Source: an uncultured Gemmatimonadota bacterium
GTDB lineage: Bacteria > JAAXHH01
Reading direction: 5' to 3'
DNA: 64,000 bases
Assembly (NCBI GenBank): GCA_951812955.1
Contig: OX638340.1
Location: 3,392,001 to 3,456,000 of the forward strand
Below, one piece after another: positions 9,328-18,827 of the stretch (positions are counted from its first letter, which is position 1; every line of letters starts with the position of its first letter). A program made the translations under genes and the position numbers. The notes under the pieces are model-generated. The model made no database searches and had not been told where the DNA came from. It saw only the letters and a program-made list of their open reading frames with translations.

Positions 9328-9939
9328 TCATTGCATCCTGGTCAGCGCGTCCCGGGCATTGAGATAGGGTACGGATCGCTCCAGGAACGTTTCAACCAGG
9401 TGACCGGGCGTGAGTTCGGAAGTATCGATGTCGAACTTTCGTTTGATCCAGGACTGCGCGACTTCCTCTTCGAACCGTTCCAGGACGTGCGGCACGTCCT
9501 CCGATGGAACCAACTGGCGTGGATGGGGATCCTGCTCCATGCGCCGCCGGATCACCTCGGGACGTGCGTGAAGATGGACCAGGATCGCGTCGCCGGGCAT
9601 GTCCGGTTCGTACTCACGCACCGCGATATTGATCCCCGGATAATAGTAACAGGGACCGTACACCATCTCCTCGATATGGAACCCGCCCAGGAGGATGTGG
9701 TCGAACTTGTGCATCAGCCGGACGTGGTACACGATCTGGAACCGCTGAAACCGTTCCTTTATGGCCGGCAGCATGTCGATGAAGCCCTGCTGCTCCTCCT
9801 CGTCGAGGTGGTAGGCGTCCGGGATGGTGAAGTGGTCGTCCAGGTGGTGATGAACGCCCCGCTCGTTCCCCCAGTTGTAGAGGCCGTCGATCAGCGTCGT
9901 GACCCCCGAGTATTCGCAGCCTGCGGCGATCAACCGCAT
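9328..9939 (-). CDS. Hypothetical protein. The N-terminal AGCEYSGVTTL resembles a sulfotransferase/P-loop PAPS-binding motif, but this is weak.
   Basis: 203 aa ORF with balanced composition, set inside a tightly spaced co-directional gene array. No confident family assignment. Confidence 0.5.
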   Translation of the reverse strand: MRLIAAGCEYSGVTTLIDGLYNWGNERGVHHHLDDHFTIPDAYHLDEEEQQGFIDMLPAIKERFQRFQIVYHVRLMHKFDHILLGGFHIEEMVYGPCYYYPGINIAVREYEPDMPGDAILVHLHARPEVIRRRMEQDPHPRQLVPSEDVPHVLERFEEEVAQSWIKRKFDIDTSELTPGHLVETFLERSVPYLNARDALTRMQ

Positions 9940-9970
9940 GGACGCTCCTTTCGTCGATATCGGAATGGTT

Positions 9971-11089
9971 TCAATCCAGTTCCTCGTAAGCCTGCGTATA
10001 CCGCTGCAGCGCGTCGTAATCCAGGTCGCAACCCAGTCCCGGCTTCATTGGCGTGGGCACGTGGCCGTCGACAAAGGTAATGGGTTCGAGGATCAGGTCG
10101 TCCTCCCGGGTCCACCCGCCGACGAAATCGGACGCCATGGTGCAGTTCGGCGCCGCGGCCGCGGCATGGACGAAGGAGGTGTCCGAAATCCCCAGGTCGT
10201 TTCCCGATCCGTGCCAGCACGGGAGTCCGGCCGAGGCGGCCGTGGCGGCATTGCGCTGGAAGCCGAACATGCTGCCACCCAGGTTTACGCAATCCACCAC
10301 GCCCCGGCCCCCGTCGGCCTGCAGGGCGCGGACCACGCCCGGCCCGTCTCCCAGGTGCATGGCCAGGGGGAAAGGGATGGCCCCGTGGATCTCTTCGTAA
10401 CCCTCGATATCGGACTTGGGTATGGGGTCCTCGAACACCTCCACGTTTCCCAGCGGTTCGAGGCGCCCCGCCAGTTCGATGGTCTGCGCGGCGGTGTAGA
10501 ACCGTTCGTTGGGGTCCACGGTCACCTTGAATCCGGGCCCCGCCACGTCGCGCATGGCCTTCAGGCGCTCGTACATGGGTTCCTCGAGCCGGCACTTGAT
10601 CTTGACCCCCGTAAACCCTTGCCGCATCCCTCGTTCCACGGCCCTGGCGCCGTCCTCCGGCGTCTGGTGGCCCATCCAGTAATCGGCGCGGACACGGTCG
10701 CGGACGGCGCCTCCGAGCAACGCATGCACGGGCAGTTCGCGGACCCGTCCCACGAGGTCCAGCACGGCCATCTCGAAGGCGTCGTACGCCGGACCGGTAC
10801 CTACCGTGATGTCGTCGGCCGCCCTTTCGGCCCGCCGTCCGAAGATATCCTGCGGGGCCACGTCCTCGGGGTCGCGGCCGATCAGCAGCGCCGCGCCTTC
10901 CCTGACCTCCTCGATGGGTACGCCGCGCCAGGTCTCCCCGATGCCCGAGAACTCGGTGTCCGTATCGACACGGATGATGTGCTTCGGGACCTCGTCCCAG
11001 CCGGCCTTCGCAGCGTATTCAGGGCTGTGGACGCGGCCCGGTATGGTGGGTACGACGACGGTCCAGACTGCAACGGATGTGATCTTCAT
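9971..11089 (-). CDS. Enolase-superfamily (MR/MLE) dehydratase-like protein, second paralog
   Basis: 372 aa. MKITSVAV... with the capping/barrel organisation of the MR/MLE family. Confidence 0.75.
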   Translation of the reverse strand: MKITSVAVWTVVVPTIPGRVHSPEYAAKAGWDEVPKHIIRVDTDTEFSGIGETWRGVPIEEVREGAALLIGRDPEDVAPQDIFGRRAERAADDITVGTGPAYDAFEMAVLDLVGRVRELPVHALLGGAVRDRVRADYWMGHQTPEDGARAVERGMRQGFTGVKIKCRLEEPMYERLKAMRDVAGPGFKVTVDPNERFYTAAQTIELAGRLEPLGNVEVFEDPIPKSDIEGYEEIHGAIPFPLAMHLGDGPGVVRALQADGGRGVVDCVNLGGSMFGFQRNAATAASAGLPCWHGSGNDLGISDTSFVHAAAAAPNCTMASDFVGGWTREDDLILEPITFVDGHVPTPMKPGLGCDLDYDALQRYTQAYEELD

Positions 11090-11122
11090 CCAGGACTCCC
11101 TGTTTGGGGCGAAAACGTCGCT

Positions 11123-12316
11123 TCAGTTGTTCCGCCACCCTGCGATAAAAGTGTCCACATTCAGGCAGGACGGCATTTCCTCGAAGTAGTAGTGCATGGG
11201 GTCCGACTGAAACCCTGGCACGTACTGTACGGTTTCTGATTGCACCATGCCGTCGAGTGGGGCGAAGCGCTGCCAGAGGGTGTCCAGTTCGCCGTCGGCA
11301 AACCGGGGTTTCAGGTCCTCGTCGTGCGATATGTCGCTGCCGTAGTGCGGCCGGACGGGATGTGCGGAGAACTTCATCTTGTAGACAATCTTGGACAGGA
11401 GCACGACGCACACGATACGCCCGATCTCGCCGGGGTGCAGCGCGGCAAGGCCTTCCTGGAAAGCGTCCTCGTCCCGGCCGATGACGGCGCGGAAAATGGA
11501 CTCTATCAGGTCTGACTCCTCGTCATACCTGCGCTTGACGTCCTCGAAAACGGCCTGCAGATCGGAGGGCAGGCATTCGGTGAAGGAGAGATCCCTGAAG
11601 GTGCGGTTGACGTAGGGGAAGATCGGACCGCCGTAGGACCGGTAGCCCAGGTGGATGGTGCGCCTCATCCGGGCGCTGTAATTGCTCCCCCAGTGCAGGA
11701 TCGTATTGGTATAGACCACCCCGTCGCCCGCATTCAACTCGACCTGGACGGCGCCGGGCAGTACCTCGCGGGGATTCCGTCCCAGGCAGCGGTTCTCTTC
11801 GGCCGTGTTCCCCCGTTGATGACTCTTCGGCACGACCCAGAGCACGTTGTCATCGTAGAGCGGGATGTTCCACTGGAGATAACCGGGGGCGTTGTGCAGC
11901 AGGTCATCCTGCAGGCCCCTGAGCGGCGCCTGGTCGATGGGATGTATGTCCCGGTGCCACGCCGCCGGACCGTGGTCTTCCACCGGGTTGCACATGAAGA
12001 AGAAACCGGTGTTTCCCGCGGCTTTCGCGTTCATGATGCGCCGGCTGACCCCCATGGTATGCTCGTGCAGGCCGAAGGCCATGGTATTGGCCGTGTCCTC
12101 GTCCACGAGGGATTCGAAGTTCAGCCGGGGCTGGGAACTGACCGCCCACTGGCCTCCGGGCGGATCGTCCGGTTTCCTTTCCCTGGCCCAGATTTCCTTC
12201 TGACGATCCACCATGCGCTCGAAGCTGTCCCTTAACGGGTCTAGCCAGTCAGGGGGAACCACCCCACGAAGCACGATGAAACCGTCTTCGAACAGTTTCC
12301 GAGGATCGAAATTCAT
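11123..12316 (-). CDS. PhyH-family Fe(II)/2-oxoglutarate dioxygenase, paralog 3 (long form)
   Basis: 397 aa. AAWHRDIHP iron motif and PhyH-like core. Confidence 0.75.
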   Translation of the reverse strand: MNFDPRKLFEDGFIVLRGVVPPDWLDPLRDSFERMVDRQKEIWARERKPDDPPGGQWAVSSQPRLNFESLVDEDTANTMAFGLHEHTMGVSRRIMNAKAAGNTGFFFMCNPVEDHGPAAWHRDIHPIDQAPLRGLQDDLLHNAPGYLQWNIPLYDDNVLWVVPKSHQRGNTAEENRCLGRNPREVLPGAVQVELNAGDGVVYTNTILHWGSNYSARMRRTIHLGYRSYGGPIFPYVNRTFRDLSFTECLPSDLQAVFEDVKRRYDEESDLIESIFRAVIGRDEDAFQEGLAALHPGEIGRIVCVVLLSKIVYKMKFSAHPVRPHYGSDISHDEDLKPRFADGELDTLWQRFAPLDGMVQSETVQYVPGFQSDPMHYYFEEMPSCLNVDTFIAGWRNN

Positions 12317-12599
12317 GTAAGGTTTACCGCAAAAAGATGCGACGCGGGACGATGCCCGCGCCGTAGAACAGGGTTAACGTTCAATCTACATCGGCCCATG
12401 GGAATGTCAAGAGTGGGAAGACACAAATTGCGTCTTTGTTTGACTCTGAGCCGGCACCGCCCTGAGACTGCCGCGTGGACGGGTATTTCGTCTTGCAGGA
12501 AGCCCGCCGCGAAATTAGATTACGGTCCTGTAATTCAATAAACCCTGGTCCGGTTCGTTTCCACGAATACCGGTTTTCTTCCTTGTCGACGGAGTGCTC

Positions 12600-13205
12600 A
12601 TGGCGGTCCAGAAAGACTGGTGCCGGTTTGTCCTGCTGCTCATCGACGTCCAGCGGGATTTCTGGCCGGAGGAGACGGCCGAGTCTTTCCCCGATTTCCC
12701 GTCGAACGTCGAACGGCTGCTCGAATATTGCCGCGTTTCCGGTCTCGACGTCGTCCACGTGCGTGCGGATTTCGAACCGGACGGATCGGACTGGATGACG
12801 CCCTATCGGATTAAGGGGGAAACACCCTGCATACGCGGCACGCGGGGTGTGGAGGTGCTGCCCTGCGCCATGGAAATGGACGGCGAACCCGTCCTGCGCA
12901 AGCGGACCTTCGACGCCTTCCTTCAGCCGGACCTATTATCCCGTTTACATCGTGCGCGTAAATCCTATATACTGATTGCGGGACTTGAGACCTCCGTCTG
13001 CGTGCTTCTTACCGCTGCTTCCGCCGTACAGCACGGGTTCCTGGCCGCGGTCGTCGCGGACTGCTGCGCCGACGATCCCGCCAGGCACGAGGCGGTGGTA
13101 AACGGATATCCCTTCATGTTTGACCGCACTACCCTCGCCAGGCTCGAAACCGACCACGACCGCTGGATGGACATGCTGAACAAGCTGCAGCATGCCGGAG
13201 GATGA
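12600..13205 (+). CDS. Isochorismatase-family cysteine hydrolase
   Basis: [12 protein letters not shown]... is typical of the isochorismatase fold. GGAG lies 5 nt before the ATG at 12600. The track start at 12594 is an upstream GTG. Confidence 0.75.
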   Translation: MAVQKDWCRFVLLLIDVQRDFWPEETAESFPDFPSNVERLLEYCRVSGLDVVHVRADFEPDGSDWMTPYRIKGETPCIRGTRGVEVLPCAMEMDGEPVLRKRTFDAFLQPDLLSRLHRARKSYILIAGLETSVCVLLTAASAVQHGFLAAVVADCCADDPARHEAVVNGYPFMFDRTTLARLETDHDRWMDMLNKLQHAGG

Positions 13206-14248
13206 CCGTGAACCATTTGAATGTAGGGATCGTCGGCCTCGGCTGGGTGGCCGGGGCGCACATCGACGCCTTCAAGGCCGTGACCGGGGCCGACGTTACC
13301 GCCGTATGCTCCCGGAGGAACCATGACGACGCGGAACTTTCCGCGCAGTTCGGCACGCCGCTGAAGTCCTGTGTCGATTATGGCGATCTGCTCGCCGATC
13401 CCGACGTCCACGTGGTCGACATCTGCACGCCCCACCCCTTCCACGCCGACCAGGCCGTGGCCGCCGCGGAGGCCGGCAAGCATCTCATCATCGAGAAGCC
13501 CATTGCCCTGACTCCCACGGACGCCGTGCGCATCCAGTCCGCCGTCGAGAAGGCCGGGGTGTGTGTCTGCGTCTGTTTCGAATGCCGGTACAGCGCGCAC
13601 TTCACCATGATCCGGTCCGTCATCGACCAGGGGCTGCTCGGTGATCTACACTACGCCGAAGTCGACTACTACCATGGCATTGGTCCCTGGTACGGGCAGT
13701 ACGGCTGGAACGTGAAAAAGGACATGGGCGGGTCCAGCCTGCTGACGGCGGGGTGCCACGCCCTGGACGCCCTTCTGTTCTTCATGGACGGCAAGGTGGA
13801 GGAAGTCACCAGCTACAGCACGAAGTCCTCCAGCCCCCACTTCGCGCCGTACGAGTACGATACCACGAGTGTTTCCATCCTGAGATTCGAGGGCGGCAAG
13901 CGGATCGGCAAGGTGACCTCCAGCATCGACTGTCTGCAGCCCTACTATTTCCACGTGCACCTGGTAGGTAGCGAAGGAAGCCTGCTGGACAATCGGTTCT
14001 ATTCGCATAAGCTCGATGGTCTGGACCGCAGCCGTTGGAGCACGCTCGAGACCTCCCTGATCGATTCGGGCGACGTCCAGGATCACCCTTACGAACCCCA
14101 GTTCCAGGCCTTCGTCGACAGTATCAACGGAGGCGGACCCATGCCGCTCACGGACATGCATACCGCCTACGAGTCGCACCGCGTCGTCTTCGCGGCCGAC
14201 CGTTCAGCTGCGGAGGGCCGGTCTGTGCGCCTGGACGAGGTGGACTAG
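13202..14248 (+). CDS. Gfo/Idh/MocA-family NAD(P)-dependent oxidoreductase
   Basis: [17 protein letters not shown] Rossmann N-terminus. Overlaps the previous gene by ATGA. Confidence 0.8.
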   Translation: MTVNHLNVGIVGLGWVAGAHIDAFKAVTGADVTAVCSRRNHDDAELSAQFGTPLKSCVDYGDLLADPDVHVVDICTPHPFHADQAVAAAEAGKHLIIEKPIALTPTDAVRIQSAVEKAGVCVCVCFECRYSAHFTMIRSVIDQGLLGDLHYAEVDYYHGIGPWYGQYGWNVKKDMGGSSLLTAGCHALDALLFFMDGKVEEVTSYSTKSSSPHFAPYEYDTTSVSILRFEGGKRIGKVTSSIDCLQPYYFHVHLVGSEGSLLDNRFYSHKLDGLDRSRWSTLETSLIDSGDVQDHPYEPQFQAFVDSINGGGPMPLTDMHTAYESHRVVFAADRSAAEGRSVRLDEVD

Positions 14249-14279
14249 ACGGACCAGTAACCGAAATGGAGTAAGGGAC

Positions 14280-17087
14280 ATGCGGCAGGGCGACGCCATC
14301 CTGCATTACCGCATCGTAAAAAGCCTTGGTAAGGGCGGCATGGGCGAGGTCTACCTGGCCGAGGACACCCGCCTGAAACGGCAAGTCGCCCTCAAGGTGC
14401 TGCCGGAGGACCTGGCCCGCGACCCGGCGCTGCTGCAGCGGTTCCGTGTGGAGGCCGAGGCGGCCGCCAAGCTGAACCACCCGAATATCGCCCAGGTCTT
14501 CGCCACCGAAGAGGCGCGCCTGGAAGACGACCGTACCGGCAAGGACGGTGAACGAGGCGACAGCGGCCGTACCATTAACTTCATTACCATGGAATACGTG
14601 TCCGGACGGCCCCTTCATGAACACCTCTCCGGGAAGCCCCTCCCCCTCGATACGTTCTTCGACTGGTTCCTGCCCATTGCGGACGCCCTGGATCACGCCC
14701 ACGAGCGGGGCGTCGTGCACCGGGATATGAAACCTGCGAACGTCATGATTTCGGACGAAGGCGTCCCCAAGATCCTGGATTTTGGCCTGGCCCGGGTCGT
14801 CGCCGGGGCTTCCAATGAAACCGATGGCGGAGGACCGACGATCAGTCTTACGCAGGCCGGGGCCGTCATGGGCACCCCGGCGTACATGTCGCCCGAACAG
14901 GCGACCGGCAGCCACGGCGATCATCGGAGCGACATATTCAGCCTGGGCGTCATGATGTACGAGGCCCTGGCGGGCGCCCGGCCCTTCACCGGCGACAACT
15001 ACGTAACCGTCATCAGCAGTACCCTGAAAGATGACCCGGAGCCGGTGAGCAGCGGCAACGGCGAAGTGCCTCCCGCGCTGAACCGGGTCGTCCGTCGATG
15101 CCTTGGCAAGGACTCGAGGTCCCGCTACCAGTCCGTGCTCGACGTGAGACACGCCTTGGCCGACAGCCGGGAAGAATACGAGGCTGGAACCACCACCGGA
15201 ACGACCAGCGACGCTTCCAGGCCGGTACGGGCGGTTTTCCTCCTGCGGCGTCCCGAGGTGCTCGGAGCCTGCGCCGCGTGCCTGGTCGCCGGGGCGTTGA
15301 TCGTTGCGGCCTTGATGGGGGCATTCGAAGAAGAATCGGCCGCGCCGCTGCGCAGATTCCAGGTGAGCCTGGACAATCTGGGCCGGGACAACGCGGCAAT
15401 CTCTCCGGACGGATCGCTGCTTGCCTATGTGCGTGAAAACCGCCTCTGGGTGCGTTCCCTTGACCAGGACGAGGGCCGGGAGATTCCAGGTACCGACGAC
15501 ATAGAACAGATATTCTGGTCATCCGACAGCCGCCAGATCGGTTACCTGGTCAGACGATCGATCTGGAAGGTCGCGGCGGACGGCGGCGGACAGGTGCATC
15601 TCTGCGATTTGCCGGAACGTGATCTGAGGGGTATTTCCTGGGGCGGCGACGGCCGGATACTGTTCGCCATGGCCAGCATGAGATCCGGTGGGGGGCTTTA
15701 TGCCGTGTCTGACCAGGGCGGCGATCCGGACCGCCTGCTGGAACCGGATCCGGCGAATGCCGAAAGGGCGTTGCAGTCCCCGTTGAACCTGTCCGAGTAC
15801 GGCCTGCTCATGTACGCGGTGGTCACAGTCTCCGACGATCCGCAGGAGATCGCCGACCTGAGCGAACGTTACCGGGGAAACGGGGATCTGAGCATGGCGA
15901 TCTCCATGGCTCGAATCACCACGTCCCGCATTGCCGTGGAGTTTCCAGGTCCGTCCGGATCGCCCGGTTCCTCCCGCCGAATTCTTCCACTGGAGGGCGA
16001 TTTCCTTGCCGTAGCGGGATATGCGTCCGGCCACCTCCTGTACTACCGGGAGACCACGACCCATTCCGAGGATGATCTGTGGGCCGTGCCCTTTTCACCT
16101 CGGGTCGGTGAACTGACGGGCGAGGCCTTCAGGGTTGCCCGGCGCGTCAATACGCTCAGCGTGTCCGACAACGGGATCATGGTCTATCGGAAGTTGTCCG
16201 AGTCCCCGCAGCAACTGACCGTGGTCGACCGCCGCGGCCGGATCGAACGGATCATTGGCCAGCCCCAGGAAAGGATCACAGAACTGGTCCTGTCCCCCAC
16301 CGAAAAGCAAGTCATGGTGGAAAGCGAAGAAGGCGTCCTGGCCGCGCTGTGGCTGTACGAGATCGAAAGCGGTATCGGCAGCCGGCTTACCTCTGCGGAC
16401 TTGAACTACAGCCGGCCGAGCTTTACGCCCGACGGCGGTTCGGTCGTGTTTTCGGTTTCTCCGGCGGTGAATCCCGGACTTGCGCGCGGGAACGCGCTCT
16501 TCATGCGGATGGATCTGGACGTCCTGGACGAAATGAAACCCTTCTCGGCTGATTCGCTGAGGGGGTGGGCGCCCACGCTCTCGAGAGACGGCCAGTTCCT
16601 GGTTTACTTCCATCAGCGTCAGGTTCAGTTTATTTCCACGGAGGAAGGCGCCAAGCCCCAGGTGCTCGTGGATGGCCAGGGGAGGGTGGTGCAGACGGCC
16701 CTGTCCCCGGATAACCGATACCTGGCCTACGTATCGAACCAGGGGCCCGGCTGGCAGGTATACGTGACCGGGTTTCCCACTGGTACGGGGCGTTGGCAGG
16801 TTTCGTCGAACAGCGGCTGGACACCCCGCTGGAGTCCCTCGGGCGAAGAGCTGTTTTACGTGGAGGACAACCGGTTGATGGCCGTTCCTGTGGTGGATGG
16901 ACCCGGTTTCCGGTTCGGCCGTCCCGAAGCGCTCTTCGAAGGCGTCCAGGCGGGCGCAGATGACCTGCGGTTTCCCGGATACGAGGTCTCCGCCGGCGGG
17001 GAGTCGTTCATCATCGCGGCCAACGCGGAAGAAACCCGTCCATCCCTCACCATCGTGCAGAACTGGACGCGGGAATTCGACCCGTGA
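14280..17087 (+). CDS. Serine/threonine protein kinase with a C-terminal PD40/TolB-like beta-propeller
   Basis: 935 aa. Kinase motifs GKGGMGEVY, VALK and HRDMKPAN, then a TM segment and a long WD40-like/PD40 repeat region. Confidence 0.85.
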   Translation: MRQGDAILHYRIVKSLGKGGMGEVYLAEDTRLKRQVALKVLPEDLARDPALLQRFRVEAEAAAKLNHPNIAQVFATEEARLEDDRTGKDGERGDSGRTINFITMEYVSGRPLHEHLSGKPLPLDTFFDWFLPIADALDHAHERGVVHRDMKPANVMISDEGVPKILDFGLARVVAGASNETDGGGPTISLTQAGAVMGTPAYMSPEQATGSHGDHRSDIFSLGVMMYEALAGARPFTGDNYVTVISSTLKDDPEPVSSGNGEVPPALNRVVRRCLGKDSRSRYQSVLDVRHALADSREEYEAGTTTGTTSDASRPVRAVFLLRRPEVLGACAACLVAGALIVAALMGAFEEESAAPLRRFQVSLDNLGRDNAAISPDGSLLAYVRENRLWVRSLDQDEGREIPGTDDIEQIFWSSDSRQIGYLVRRSIWKVAADGGGQVHLCDLPERDLRGISWGGDGRILFAMASMRSGGGLYAVSDQGGDPDRLLEPDPANAERALQSPLNLSEYGLLMYAVVTVSDDPQEIADLSERYRGNGDLSMAISMARITTSRIAVEFPGPSGSPGSSRRILPLEGDFLAVAGYASGHLLYYRETTTHSEDDLWAVPFSPRVGELTGEAFRVARRVNTLSVSDNGIMVYRKLSESPQQLTVVDRRGRIERIIGQPQERITELVLSPTEKQVMVESEEGVLAALWLYEIESGIGSRLTSADLNYSRPSFTPDGGSVVFSVSPAVNPGLARGNALFMRMDLDVLDEMKPFSADSLRGWAPTLSRDGQFLVYFHQRQVQFISTEEGAKPQVLVDGQGRVVQTALSPDNRYLAYVSNQGPGWQVYVTGFPTGTGRWQVSSNSGWTPRWSPSGEELFYVEDNRLMAVPVVDGPGFRFGRPEALFEGVQAGADDLRFPGYEVSAGGESFIIAANAEETRPSLTIVQNWTREFDP

Positions 17088-17142
17088 CCGGTGCGGTCCG
17101 GGCCGCACCGGGCTTCAACGGTTACAGAATCGAGGTGTGAAT

Positions 17143-17670
17143 TTGGAAGCACTCAAGCAGAAGATCCGCAACGTCCCCGATTTTCCCATTCCCGGGATCA
17201 ACTTCAAGGACGTGACCACGCTCTTCAAGGATCCGTCCGCCTTTCGTATGGCGGTGGATCGTTTCGTCACGGAGTACGCGGACAAATCCATCGATCTCGT
17301 GGCCGCCATCGAGGCCCGGGGGTTCATCCTGGCGCCGGTGCTGGCCTACCATATGGGTATGGGTATCGTCCCTCTTCGCAAACCGGGAAAGCTCCCCGCG
17401 GAGACCCGTCGGATCGAATACGACCTGGAATACGGCACGGACGCCCTCGAAATGCACCTGGACGCCGTGGGACCAGGGAATCGCGTGCTCATCGTAGACG
17501 ACCTGCTGGCCACGGGGGGAACGGCGGCGGCGGCCTGCCAGCTGGTCGAGGACGCGGGCGGGATCGTGGCCGGCGTGGGATTCCTGATCGAGTTATCCTT
17601 CCTTGACGGCCGCAAGCGTCTGGACGGCCGCCCTGTATTTTCGCTCCTGGAATACGGTTCCGACGAATAA
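17143..17670 (+). CDS. apt: Adenine phosphoribosyltransferase
   Basis: LEALKQKIRNVPDFPIPGINFKDVTTL... and the PRPP-binding VLIVDDLLATGGTA. The start is TTG at 17143 or GTG at 17137, preceded by an AGGTG RBS. The track ORF 16897..17670 is an upstream extension. Confidence 0.85.
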   Translation: MEALKQKIRNVPDFPIPGINFKDVTTLFKDPSAFRMAVDRFVTEYADKSIDLVAAIEARGFILAPVLAYHMGMGIVPLRKPGKLPAETRRIEYDLEYGTDALEMHLDAVGPGNRVLIVDDLLATGGTAAAACQLVEDAGGIVAGVGFLIELSFLDGRKRLDGRPVFSLLEYGSDE

Positions 17671-17710
17671 CGCCGCACATCGACCCGGCAACCTGCGTTC
17701 AATCACGCCA

Positions 17711-18772
17711 TCAATCCGACATCAGTCGTTCCGCCTCCTCGATTACACGCCGTGATTCGAGATCCTCCATGCACGCATGGGTACCGTAGCGGCATGCCCG
17801 GTCCCCATGCAGGCTGCAGGGACTGCAGGGAAGGTCGAGCGTTACGGCGGCGTCCGCCGGCCCGAGGGGGGCGAACCCCAGCCGGGGATGTGTGGCGCCG
17901 AACACGCCGACGACCGGCGTACCCACGGCTGTCGCCACGTGCATGGGACCGGAATCGTTGCTGACCAGGAGTCCGCAGCGCCGCACGGCCGCGGGCAGCA
18001 GCGAGAGATCAGTCGTTCCGGTCCAGTCCACGGCCGGGCTCTTCATGGCGCGGGCCACCTCGCCTGCGACGGTACGGTCCTCCTCGCTGCCAAGAAGCAA
18101 CACCCTCATGTCGCGGGATTCCGCCACGTGGTCGGCGACCTCGGCAAACCGCTCCGGAAGCCAGTGTTTCGGACCGTGCGAGGCGCCGGGCGCCACCCCG
18201 AGTACCGGGACCCCGGGGCCGATACCGGCATCCGCCAGCCGTTCCTCCACCCACGCCACCGCCCGGGCGTCGACATTCAGTTCCGGCAGCCGCTTCTCTT
18301 CTGCGCCTTGTGCGCCATCAAGATGGGACGCACCGACTGGATCGAGCTGATCGAGTGTCGCAAGGTAGCGGTCGACCGTATGGGGCACAACCGCGGCACC
18401 GCCGGGCTTTCGAACGATGGCCATCCGGGAGAGCCGGCGCTTATCGTACCGGACGACCCGCCCCGCGTTGCCAGCCAGCGACACCAGCCGGCTGCGCAGG
18501 TTCCCATGCAGGTCGGTCACCAGGTCGTATTTTCTTCGCCGTATGCGGGAGATAAGGCGCGTGAGCCCCTTCGCGGGTTCCAGGCGCTCCACCTCGTTTA
18601 CACCGGGCAACGCGCGAGCCAGGCCGACGTATTCCGAACGCGTAAGAAAGTCGATTTCCGCGTCGGGCCAGATTCTGCGAACCGCTCGCGTAACCGGCGA
18701 GGTCAGCACGATATCGCCCATTGAACTGAACCGGATGACCAGGATGCGGGATGGGGATTCGGACGGGGTCAT
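17711..18772 (-). CDS. Glycosyltransferase family 9 (ADP-heptose:LPS heptosyltransferase-like)
   Basis: RILVIRFSSMGDIVLTSPV N-terminus and a C-terminal VSNDSGPMHVATAVGTP motif. Confidence 0.8.
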   Translation of the reverse strand: MTPSESPSRILVIRFSSMGDIVLTSPVTRAVRRIWPDAEIDFLTRSEYVGLARALPGVNEVERLEPAKGLTRLISRIRRRKYDLVTDLHGNLRSRLVSLAGNAGRVVRYDKRRLSRMAIVRKPGGAAVVPHTVDRYLATLDQLDPVGASHLDGAQGAEEKRLPELNVDARAVAWVEERLADAGIGPGVPVLGVAPGASHGPKHWLPERFAEVADHVAESRDMRVLLLGSEEDRTVAGEVARAMKSPAVDWTGTTDLSLLPAAVRRCGLLVSNDSGPMHVATAVGTPVVGVFGATHPRLGFAPLGPADAAVTLDLPCSPCSLHGDRACRYGTHACMEDLESRRVIEEAERLMSD

Positions 18773-18827
18773 TGAATCACGCCCCCTAGGTACGCGTTCT
18801 TACGGAAGGAATGGGCCGGTTTGCGCC

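Noticed and set aside
8155-11239. Long plus-strand ORFs (8155..9210, 9331..10080, 9899..11239)
   Set aside because: They lie antisense to the clearly homologous enolase-superfamily and hypothetical genes. Composition is low-complexity Arg/Gly/Val.
16897-17670. 257-aa track ORF for apt
   Set aside because: The N-terminal 80 aa is Arg/Ser-rich with no homology. The conserved Apt sequence begins at the TTG/GTG around 17137-17143 with an AGGTG RBS.
17671-17710. Possible tRNA or ncRNA in short convergent or divergent gaps
   Set aside because: No GTTCGA/T-loop or acceptor-stem pattern and no cloverleaf-compatible pairing was seen. No tRNA or rRNA was identified anywhere in the window.
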